This document shows, one piece after another, positions 49,536-60,980 of a DNA stretch of 64,000 bases. Below the pieces are notes generated by a model, which was not told where the DNA came from, ran no database searches, and was given only the letters and a program-made list of their open reading frames with translations. The stretch is from Callorhinchus milii (lineage: Eukaryota), in contig NW_024704742.1 of NCBI RefSeq assembly GCF_018977255.1, forward strand, positions 51,462,001-51,526,000, in the 5' to 3' direction. How positions within the stretch are numbered: position 1 is the stretch's first letter; the number at the start of each line of letters is the position of its first letter. Position numbers and translations under genes: made by a program.

Positions 49536-52500
49536 TGCAGTGTGATTATTTTGCCAGTGATCCTACTTTCAGCATTAGTAGCAAAATATTTCAGAGAATT
49601 TGCAAGCCAACAAGAAGGATTTTGTCTCTTCAACCAATCCCAAGGTTGTCACCAGGTGCCTCTCTCACTGACTTGGCTGAGATAGTGAATGTAGACCACA
49701 GCGTTTGGGTAGGGAATTGAACCTGCATTGCTTCACTCAGTGGTACACTGTGTTTACAATGCACTGTGCAAATCTATCATCTCTCTTAAATAACCTAAGC
49801 AGAAATGGTAAGCTCAGAATGGATATTAAACATCAACCCAGGGAAATTATCCTAAAGTGAAGATTTTACTCATTGCACACAACCTGCAGTCACAATTGTG
49901 TGGCGCTGCCATAAATCTTCACTTCCACTGAATGTGAAGGAACCTTGGTCTTTTGCTTTAATTTCTTCCACCTTTCAGTGGCATTTACCCAGTGATAAGG
50001 TGTTGAAATTTACTGACATCGAGAATGCTGAGATCGAAAATGAAAAGAACGGTAGGATTTGCTTTCTTTTTAAAAAAGAACTACACTCTAAGGAGTTTTA
50101 TTCAGGAAAAAAATCCTCATTAATGAGAAAAATGGAAACTTTATCAGATAGTTGTAGAATTCCAAAAGTGCGCATAACTTCCAAAGAACTTTATAAATCT
50201 CCTGGCGTTGGGTACATTCCGACAATAATTAGGGCAGCGTAAATCGTCTTAGAATGCATCTAGCTCTCATTTGTTTTCAGTGCAGTTCCTTCACTGCTCT
50301 AATGAGGGTCATGGCTGATTAAGTAAATACATTTTGCTGTGGCCATTTTTCCTGGAACCAGCCCAGAAGAAGAGAGAAATTAACCAGCAAAGAGCCTGAT
50401 GCCGAACCATCAGTTTTATACGTGCCCACACTGCAAACCTCCTGCAGCTAATTTCTACTTACTCCAATTAAACAGCAGCAAAGCTAAAGGCTAAAATGCC
50501 CTCTTCCAGTTACAGCAGTGCTACTGAAACATGTCATTACCAGCTTGAGATGCTCTTCAAACAAACAAGTGAAAATTGATAGCAGGAAGAGGGAGAATGT
50601 GTATCATTAATATAAGGAACCCAGCAGTGTAAATCGCTTTGCATGACTGACTTCCAGAAATGTAAAATCCAGCACAGCAAGTCACATAAATGGCTTCCAA
50701 ATACTGGGCTCTAAAATGTGAGGATTTCAAACGGGATTCCTGAATTAAGGAATCTGATCCAAGCGATGATTCCTTCCTATAACTAGAAGTATGTCACGCT
50801 GACTCATGAAAACTGGTAGATCTCAATGGAAAGAGTTCAATCCAAATCGAATTTCTTCATTAAGAAACCTTACTTAAGGAATCTTGTTTGATATTGCTGT
50901 GTTTTATACCTGGTGTATCAGAAAAAGGTTCAGCTCCCACTAAAGTTCAGTGGCTAAATTGTACAACATTGAGCTGTACGTCTCATCCAAAGGATGGTGC
51001 CCCTGACAATACAACACATCCCCAGCACTGAATTGGAGGTTCAGCTTATCCAATGGGGGCCAAATTTATGTTTGGCCAACAGAATAATCATAGAAACAAC
51101 AAAAGAGCTTAGATTTATGCCATAAATCAAGAACTATTCAATCACTAAACATTTATTTTGTTAGTCAATGAAAGAGATTGACCACCAATGGCTTAGACTA
51201 AGTGAGTTCAAGTCCCAACGCTGTTTTGTCTTCCAACTAATGATAAACTACTGCTGGGCAGCTACTGGAAGCTTTTCAGATTTTGTACGAACATAGAGAA
51301 ACATGACTGATCCCTGATTTGAAATGGTTGATTTTATGAGGAAAGACTAGAGAGCTTAACATCTACAGTCTAGAGAGGAGGTAGTTAAGAGGGCTACACA
51401 TGATGTTAAGTAGTATAAATAGGGTAAATACATCATGATATTGAATCAGATTAAACCAAGAAAGTATGACTTGGGGGTTATCAATTTAAAATAGTAGAGA
51501 AAAGTTTTAATATTATTAATAATTACAACAATCCTCCGTCAGGAGGTCATCTCAAAATGCTTCACAGGATTTATAATGAAGTGTAGTGACTGTGCAGTTT
51601 TGTGGGCACAACCCGGCAGCCAATTTGCACAAAGCAATGTCTGACAATTTGCCATAAAGTGAATGATCAATTTTATTACAAGGTGACAAAGCTTGGTGGC
51701 TTTGTCACCTTGATGATGAAGGTGATAAGCTTTGGCCCATCTCATCTCATCTTGCAGGAACACCCCCCCTACCCCACCCAATCACAACAGCTTTTTAAGC
51801 AGAGTCAAATATCCTGGCCTCAACCATCTTGCCTACAAACTGTTCTAGTTGTTGATACTTTTTCCTACAAAAACATAGCCACTCCACTTCACAGTAAATC
51901 CTGTCAAGCGCTTTGGGTTGTCCTCCCAATGTGAAAGGTGCTATACCAAATATTTATTATTACAATCTGAAAGATTGTTGGCCAGGACACTAGGGTAAAC
52001 TCCCTTCACATATCAAATGTTGTCTTCGGTTTAACGTCTAATCTGAAGGATGGCACCTCCAGACTGTGAGATCAAAATCATGACATTGAAGACACAACCT
52101 TCTGGCTCAGAGATGAAAGTGTTATCAACTAAGCCAGACTGACACTGTAAATCAGATATTGGGAATATTAACATGGAATCTTTATTAGTTATCTGCAGGC
52201 TGGCGGACAAGATCTCGGTTTCACATAAAAAAACTGAAATCTCATCCAAAAAACCTAACAAAACCACATTTCATCCAAAAAAACTAGCATTGCAGCGCTA
52301 ACCAGCTTTGACAGGAAATGTGCCAACTCAGAGAAAATCAGGACATTGTTCCACTGATCCAGACATTACCTCCGTCATTGGCCATTTTTACAAATAGAGC
52401 TTGGGAAACCCTGGAATCTATTTTCCAGTTAGATTTTCAAGTTAATCATGGTTGGCATCTTTATCCAAATAAGTTTCTGGGAAGAGGAGGGGGATGGAGG

Positions 52501-53154
52501 TCCCTGATACAAGAGAGCTGCTCATGTACCATTGTTTTATCTGGATTTCTAGCTGTTTTGACCGGGTTTGCAAAGTAATGTTTTTTTTACCAACTCCGGC
52601 AGTGTACTGTGTTCTGTTCCTAATGCTGGAGCAGATGTGATAAAAGGAAGCTGGGGATCTATCAGCCAACAATAACACAAACCATTTCTTGGAATTGGCT
52701 CTAAACTGTTATAAGCTATCACTTGTGGATTCAACTGAGGTCAGACAGTTCAATTTTTTAAAGAGCACGATCGAAACTTCAGTTCCCTCTGAAGAGACTT
52801 TTGGTTTGCGAGGTGTTTAAGTGTTTTGATGTTCAATTTTACAGCATAATGCACTCCGATATTTAACATCAATCTGCTTTCAATAGCAAAGTAGCCAAAG
52901 TGCTGTGATTAGAGCTTTTACTTTTAATAGGTTCATCTAAAAATAAAAAAGCTGAATGAATGTTTCTCATCATGTCCAGGAAACAAACCACCTGGGAAGC
53001 ACCTGTGGAGGAGACCAGAGCTACTCAGTATGCTGCCCGCACCCTGCCTGTCAACCCTACCCTCCACTAAACACATTTTCTTTGATGTTTCTCTCCTTAC
53101 GCCCAACTGCTGTAGTGATTCACCATGATGTGATCACCAGTCTTGCTGAAATTT

Positions 53155-53352
53155 AAAATAATAATATAATAATAATAATTGCATTTGATATAATGATAAT
53201 AATAATCCTTGCATTTGATATAGCGCTTTTCACATCTTCTAGACGTCTCAAAACGATTCACAGAATATACTGTCAAACGTAGTGACTGAGGATTTTTTGG
53301 GCAAAACGCGGCAGCCAATTGCACACAGCAGTGTCCCACGAACAGTGGATTG
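53155..53352 (-). mobile_element. Young SINE 3' fragment with duplicated tail end
   Basis: ataataat..ttgcatttgatata occurs twice, then the SINE body. Confidence 0.85.
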
Positions 53353-53947
53353 ATGGTTTTAGTTATTGACTGGCTTCAGTGCCCACATATTCCACATTAA
53401 CCGCCACTGTTAGTAATATATCGGATATTGCAATTTTCTCCTCCAATGTTTTTTTTAACTCAACATATAGGTACCTCTAGTAATCAACACATGAGATGGA
53501 AGAATCCCCAGATAGCAAGACCATTTTCAACGGAAATATTAGGTAGAGAGGCATCCTGAAGCTTCTTTTGGCTGTCCCTCAGCTGCAGTGATTCAGATTT
53601 TTGGCTAACATATAGTGGATTACATAATTGGCCATTGGAGAGTACTTGAGCTAGAAGCTAAACAATATGGGGGGAAATTTTACAACCCCTTCCATATCTA
53701 TTACATGGAATACATTATGAAACACCACAAGTTTTTTCCTATTCCCCCACAATCTCCAATCATCTACAACAGCCGGTCTCCTCTCCTGTATCAAGCTCCG
53801 CAAGCCCATCGTCCCCAGTCTCACTTGGCTCCCTAACCCCCAGTGGATTGACTTGAAGTTCATCATCCTCACCTGCAAAGTCAATTATGGTCTTGTCTTA
53901 TCTTACCTTTGTGATCTTACTTCCCCAGCTACCCCTCCAGTTTGCCA

Positions 53948-55069
53948 ATATAGTGCCTTTCACAGGAGGACGTCTCAAAGCAATACACTCAATTTATTGT
54001 GTGTTTTGTAGACCTTCACTTCATATATTCAGAGTAAATTTTTGACATTTTGTAATAGATTCAATATGACAAATAGACCCAAAGGTTGATGAAACACAAC
54101 AAATTTCACTCGGCCCATTCTGGCCTTCTTCATATCCCATAACTGCTCTGCTCCACTATTGGCATGAAAGAAAACATTTAGCTACTTTGGTCTCACTCCC
54201 TACAACTGTCTTCAAACATCCCATCACCTTGCACCCTCTTTACAGAATAAGAGAGGCTGGCAAGGGTTCTCTGAGACCCTGTCGAGCAATCATTAACAGA
54301 AGTTATGAATAAATGTATAGGTCAGACTGTATCACCATTCTGGCTGTAAGAAAACAGAATTGTGGTGAAACTAATAAGTGCAAAAAAAAAATATTTTTTT
54401 ATTCATAAACAAAATTTGTGGAGTCCTGTAGCTCAATGGTTAGAGCACTTGCTTTGCAAGTGAGAGGCCTGGGTTTGATTCCCAGCAGGATGAAACCTTG
54501 GGCAAGTTTCCTTACTCCACACACCTGATAATAATCCCTCAAGGAAAAAAAAACCCAATAATAATTTGGTCACTCAATCCACGACTATTTGTAGGACACT
54601 GCTATGTGCTTTTCACCCACAAATATAGTCAATTCACTTTACAGTATATTCTCTGAAGCGCTTTGAGACGTCTAGAAGATGTGAAAAGCGCTATATCAAA
54701 TGCAAAGTTTATTATTAAAAGTTTTGTAACATCCTGTGAAATGAACCTGAAACACTGCAGCCACAAGATGGCAGTATTGGTTCACAAATGTGATTTCAGT
54801 GCCACAGGGACTATTACAGATTCTGCTTTTTAAACTAAGGGAAAGTAGATATTAATTTGTTTTAAATTGGTATGAACATACATTTGTGATATTTAGGAGA
54901 AATTTGTGGTGTTTCATAAACCTAAAGATGTGAGACCTTGGGTCTATTTGTCATACATTTACCTTGAATGCACAAAGTGTAGGTCTACAAAACACATAGT
55001 AACTCAACTTTACAGTAAATTGTCTGAATCGCTTTGAGACAATCCTCCTGATGTGAAAGGCACTATATC
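53948..55069. repeat. Inverted repeat pair, arms ~53948-54108 and ~54899-55069
   Basis: gtgttttgtagacct...tatgacaaatagaccca...tgaaacac.acaaatttc versus its reverse complement at 54899-54996; each arm is attached to a SINE tail. Confidence 0.8.
54418..54717 (+). mobile_element. Subfamily A SINE
   Basis: gtggagtcctgtagctcaatgg head; short middle. Confidence 0.92.
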
Positions 55070-55669
55070 AAGTATTACTATTTATTATTATGTACATTAA
55101 GATTGATGTGATGAGGCGTTGTAGGTTTTTGTGTAGCCTGTATATTGGGATTTCTCTTCATAAAAAATGTAGAAAGGATGTCTCCTTTTGGTCATACACT
55201 ATAAAGACTATAAACCTTGTGCAACATGAATCCATGGCAATATTTGAAATTAATCAGGAGTTTCTCTTTGTGTACTGACCAACAAATCTCCCTGATAAAA
55301 TTGGTCTTTCACTCATGGCTGTTTGTGGCACATTGTTGTGTAGTTGCTGTATTCATAGGGTGAATGCTCAGTGATACAATATATTACAATTTACACTTAT
55401 TATAGCACCTTTCACAGGTACACAAAGAGCTACACGTCAGTCCCATTCACAGCTAGGTTGTGACTACAGGCAAAGCAGGTTTCTGATTTGCTGCATTTCA
55501 AATCCCAGTTGCATTCACCATTTTCAAGGTCCTCACTCTCACCTCTGCGACCCCAGCACCTAACTGTATCTTGGATCTCATTCTACCCCGCTTCTCTTCT
55601 TGCCTCTGCCACTCAGCTAACTGGACGAGGACTGCTCCCATAACTACCCCACTATCAGTGACCAAGCTC

Positions 55670-56402
55670 CAATAATAACAATAATCCTTACATTTGGTAA
55701 AGAGGTGCCTTTCATGTCAGGAGAACATCTCAAAGCACTTCATAGGATGTATTGTAAAGAGTGGTAGTGAGTGCGTTTTTGTGGGTTAACGCAGGAGAAA
55801 CTTACTTTTCTTTCAAATAGAGCCATGGGATCTTTAACGTCCACCTAAATAGGCAGATGTGACCTTGGTTTGGCGTCTCATCCGAAAGACGGCACCTCCA
55901 ACAAAGCAGCACATCCTGAGCACTGCATTGAAATGTCAGCTTAAACTAAGTGAGTTCTTGCCGTGGAGCTTGTGTCAGCCTGGCTGAGTCAGAAGGTTGT
56001 GGGTTCAAGCCTCGCGTTGAGATTTGGAATCACATAGTCTAAGATGACACTCCATTGAAATTTCATGGGGGAATTTGCATTGTCGGAAGTGCCATCCTTC
56101 AGGTGAGATGTTAAACCAAGGTCCCGTCTGCCTGTTCTGGTGGACATTAAAGATCCCATGGGACTATTTGGAAAGAGGAAGGAATTTCTCCTAGTGTCCT
56201 GGCCAACAAATCCCCCAAACAAAATTGGTCACTCACTCCATGGCTGTTTGTGGGATACTGTTGTGTACAAACAGGCTGCTGTGTTTCTCCCACAAAATAT
56301 ACAATCAATCCATTTTACAGTATATCCTGTGAAGCGCTTTGAGATATCTTGACGACGTGATACAGGTGCTATATCAAATACAAGGAATATTATTATTATT
56401 AT
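55670..56402. mobile_element. Head-to-head DeuSINE pair (- 55670-55970; + 55973-56402)
   Basis: Deu domain present once in each orientation. Confidence 0.85.
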
Positions 56403-56419
56403 GATTCAGAGGTGAGAGT

Positions 56420-56682
56420 TCTAGCAATCTAGTCAGGCTTTCCAATTCTATGCCCCTAAGCTCTGGAATTGCCTCTCTGGACCTCTCCAGCTCGCCTCTG
56501 CTCTATTTGTCTTCAAGTCTCACCTTAAAACATACCTCTTTGATTATCCCTATGGTTACCTTCCCTTTCCTTCCTCTGCTGCCCCTGCTCGATGTCTATT
56601 CCGCCATTGTAAAGCACTCTGAGACGTGATTCTTTGTGAAGGATGCTATATAAATACATGCTGTTTGCTGTTGTTGTTGTTC
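56420..56682 (+). mobile_element. L2 3' fragment
   Basis: gcccctaagctctggaattgcctc...cttaaaacatacctctttga...gctatataaatac...gttgttgttg. Confidence 0.85.
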
Positions 56683-57289
56683 GGGGGGAACTATGGAATC
56701 TCTTTGGCAGCAACCTTATGAAAATAGAATAAAAACCAAAACACGAAAATGGCAGAATTGCACAAAGCCTACTGTGCAAAAAAAATGATTGATTCTCCGG
56801 AATGATCTAGGCTTGATGTTGACACTTGAAACCTATGATGTGATATACGGCCAGATTCATGAAAGATGGCTTATACCGAGACAGGTTTTGGGAAACAAAC
56901 ATCTACAAAATGTGAGTGTCCCTGTTGTGCAGCAGTTCTGGGTGGCTGTGGTCACAGCGTGAAGTCCAAGAGCATGCAGACAGCTGTGTGGAAACATTTG
57001 GTAGTTCTCAGACAGCCTGGTTGCATGGATCCCGACACCTTTCAGCTCCAGCGGGACCAGGAACATTTTGTTTTGTGGAAATTCTTTCCATTTTACAACA
57101 TTGAATAAGCAAAGAAGGCATGCTATTGTGTGAAAACGCAATGCAGGGGTGACTGCCAACTGTGTGGTCGCCCTCCTGGGTAAGGAGCAGGCTGTGTGGG
57201 AGCGAGCAAGCCATCACACAAAGGACAGGTTTCATTTTTCTTCCAGTCAGGTTCCAGGAAACATTCTCAAAAGATGAAGTGAATTGATT

Positions 57290-57630
57290 CTAAGGCCCAA
57301 TGGTCACAAGTTCAAAGGATAGGTTTGCCCTTCAATCCATTATATCACAGCTGTCTCTAGAATGCCTACTCTACTGTCCTCCCACCACAGCATCTAGAAT
57401 ACTTGCATCTTAAATAAGTACAGTGACTTGCGCTCAACTATCCTTCCTTGTAACCTGCTGTAGCTGTTAATTACCCTCCATGTAAATAAATACTTCCTGG
57501 TGTCTGGCCTGATATTTCTTTCTGCAACCCTGAACCTGCATCCTGGGGTTCTTCTGTCTTGGCGTATCTGATAGTGCTGTTTTGCATTTCTTTTCTCAAT
57601 CCCATTTAGAATCTTATACACCTCTATTTA
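57290..57630 (-). mobile_element. Degraded CR1 fragment
   Basis: YKILNGIEK...RTPG...FTWRVIN (CR1 ORF2 C-terminus) in the ORF track. Confidence 0.7.
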
Positions 57631-58320
57631 GCTAAAGTGCTAGTGGTTCTATTGTGGTCACACTGCCTTGTGCAATTCATCAAACAGGCAGTACTCTGTC
57701 TACAGCTGATCCTGCTCTGAGCTATCCACAAAGAGCAGACTGGGAAGAGCTAGCCCTCTGCTTTACTCTCTCAGGTAAGGCACTTGACCATACCAGCACT
57801 TCAGGAAGGCGTCCCAAAGTGCTTTACAGGATTTTACTGTGCAGTTGAGTAACTGTACTTGTAGGTAAACATGGTCATCAATTGTGTACAACAGCTAGAA
57901 GAATTCGCTTCTCTTTTTAAATAGACCTTTGGGATCTTTACTGTCCACCTGAACAGGCAGAAGGGATCTCAGACCCAAACCCCACTACAACCCCACTGGC
58001 TCAGCAGGATACCATAATCTACTGTTTCCAAGACAACTGACTTGTAGTTCAAGTCTAGTCAGACTTATGGGGTGAGCCTCCTCTCTCCGTATTGGACGTA
58101 AGTGCATATGTGGTTCCCTGTAGGTGAGAGCCCACAAAACAAAGCTTGCAACAACACCTTGTCCCAGATAAGCTTTTCACATCAACACGATGTCCCAAAG
58201 TGCTTCACAGGATTTTGCTATGCTGGGACAGTCAGAAGTACTGTACTAACTCAATCTGAGTATCTTGTGAATAAGATCAGAAGGTATATTTTCAGTGTTG
58301 GGCAATGAACCCCACTAAGA

Positions 58321-58656
58321 GTCCTGTAGCTGTCCTGTAGCTCAGTGGTTAGAGCACTCGCTTTGCAAGTGAGAGACCTGAGTTCAATTCCAGGCAGGGC
58401 GAAACCTTGGGCAAGTTTCCTTACTCCACACGCCTAATAATAATCCCTCCAAAAACCAAAAACAATAATTAAATTGGTCATTTTCAATCTACGACTGTTT
58501 GTGGGACATTGCTGTGCGCAATTGGCTGCCGCGTTCGCCCACAAATATACAGTCAATTCACTTTACAGTGTGTTCTGTGAAGCGCTTTGGGACGTCCTCC
58601 TGACGTGAAAAGCGCTATATCAAATGCAAGGATTATTATTATTATTATTATTATTA
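58321..58656 (+). mobile_element. Full-length subfamily A SINE, very young, probable TSD taagagt
   Basis: CpGs intact, 11-bp duplication gtcctgtagct at the 5' end, long (TTA)n tail, taagagt at both junctions. Confidence 0.95.
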
Positions 58657-58930
58657 AGAGTTACTCCACCATTGCATTTGGACAGCAGTCAGATAATATT
58701 TGAAGATACATTTCGAAGCCATTCCTTAAATAATTGTTTAGGAATGCCTCAATTTGACCCCATTATAATAGAAACATTGCTGTAGATGGATGGGAATGGA
58801 GCCAATCTTGTGCAGATTACGAACCAGTAACCATTTAGCCTAACAGGGTAACAAGGTAAATGGCAAAAAAGAAAACACTATGACCAGAGGCCCCAATAGA
58901 AAACACCTGTAGCTACAGGACTCCGCATCA

Positions 58931-59305
58931 GTGGAATCCTGGACCTTAGTGGTTAGAGCATTCGCTTCGCAAGAAGGAGACCTGGGTTTGATTCCCAGCA
59001 GGGTGAGACGTTGGGCAAGTTTCCTTACTCCACATGCCTCTGTTTACCTAGCAGTATGCAGGAACCCGGTTGTTAATCGATTGGCGGATTGCTTTTCTGG
59101 GGGTGTAATTCCTTAAAAAATAAAGAAAATTGATCACTCAATCTAAGACTGTTTGTGGGACACTGCTGTGCACAATTGACTGCCGCGTTTCACCCACAAA
59201 TTATAAAATCAATTCACTTTACAGTATATTCTGTGAAGCGCTTTGAGATGTCTCAACGACATGATAAGGCACTATATCAAATGCAAAGATTATTATTATT
59301 ATTAT
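58931..59305 (+). mobile_element. Subfamily B SINE
   Basis: Head, gcctctgtttacctagcagta block, tail. Confidence 0.92.
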
Positions 59306-60692
59306 CACTGAGGCAGCTCCATTCGATCCACCGGCAGAAATTCAGATACTTCCTAGATTATCGCTGCAGGCTTTGGTGCAGCTGTTGTCATTACTATACA
59401 ATTGCATTCTTCCTGTGATTCAGACATTAGACACTGAGCCAAGTACCAGCTGAAATATTATTCGCACAAAACTTTGTTTTAAGTTCCAACTGGGGCAGGT
59501 AGCTGATTTAGAGCAAAACCCATCCCACTGGAATAAATAAAATACATCCTATACTTGTTGAGAACATGGACCAGATTACTGACCTGCAAATTCATTTGTG
59601 ACAGATAATGTCTGACCAGCAAATTACTGTCCCATTCTACCCTGCACATATCCACCATAAATATGTGCCTCTCTCGGTACACACGTTAATAATAATAATA
59701 ATAATAATCCTTGCATTTTATACAGCACCTTATCACATCTTTGAGATGTCTCAAAGCTCTTCAAAGAATACACTGTAAAGTGAATTGACTGTACATTTTG
59801 TAGCAATTGAAATCTTATTTGTGGTATATAATGGATTCCTTAGTATGGAATCTGAGTTGCGCAAGTGGAGACTCCTTAAAGAGGTACATCACCCCAAGCT
59901 CTGAGAACTCCACCTTGATCTCATCTACTTCCTGACTGCAGTTCCTATAGTTTGTTGGGAATTCTAATCCAATTCCTTACAAAGGAATCCTATTAAGAAG
60001 TAGAAGAAATTTCCGGTTGGCGGAATGCACGCGAGTCTGTGCCAATCGTATAGGTGTCACTAGCAGTGCTTCAGCTTTGTCCTGCAGTGTTGAATGGGTG
60101 GGGGCAGGCCTCTGTGTCCAGCAGTGTCAGGGCGTGTGAGAACCATTCCATTTGGAGCAGATCTGAAGCAACCTGAAAGATAAACACAGTGCTGGCAAGC
60201 ACTGCTGGAGCCACGAATACTGTTATGTATCTGGCTTATTAACCTGCAGGGAGCGGAACAGCAGAAGACAGGCAGACTTGTACATGAATACACTGCAGTG
60301 AATCACATGGGGAAATGCCAAAGCTGCTCTGAGATTTATTGTTTTAGATTTATTGTTTTAACGCTCTCACGTTTGCTCTTTAGGGTTTTCCGACAAAAGA
60401 CTCACTGTTAACAAAGAATTGCTGTGATCAGAAATTCATCTGAGCAGAATTTCTGGCTGTTGAAAAGTGTTGTACTTTGCTTTCTTTTGCGTATTAGGAT
60501 TTTACAGCTAAAGGTTACTGTGGCAAATGCAGCTGTCTCATCAAATTGCCCCTGATGGTTGCTGAGAGCACAGGAACTGCTGATGAATTCATGTTCCAAT
60601 TGTCAATTCAGACGCTTTCTTGGTTGTCATCCAGGTGCTTTTAGTTTGAATGGTTTATTTATCCCAAAACAGTGTTAGCAAAGTTTAAAAAT

Positions 60693-60980
60693 CAACAACA
60701 AACAACAACAAATTACATTTGTACAGCACCTTTCACATCGGGAGGATGTCCCAAGGTGCTGGACAGTCAGGGATTTGGACTCAAGCAGGGAGTTGGGATC
60801 AGGAATGGTGGAAGGCAGGGAGGGTAAGGGTAGGAGGGTGACCAAAGACGCACTCGAAGATCAGGGTCGTAAGACATGCCTTGAAGGAGCCAAGGGACGA
60901 GGCAAGGTGAAGGGACTGTGGAATCGTGTTTCAGAGGTGGGGAGCAGAGAAGCTGAAGGCCTGACCGCTGATGGTGAGGT
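60693..60980 (-). mobile_element. L2 3' fragment
   Basis: Same tail and 3' region as the copies at 84-492 and 14806-15230. Confidence 0.8.

Noticed and set aside
49898..50242. 114-aa ORF in unique sequence (also 33376-33630 and 25299-25649)
   Set aside because: Non-ATG starts, no recognisable domain and no splice support; lengths are compatible with chance.
1110..59806. Recurrent small ORFs such as WDIAVRNWLPRSPTNIQSIH...KCKDYYYY and MGRPPDVK...ARIIIII
   Set aside because: They are translations of SINE copies and their (TTA)n tails, not a gene family.
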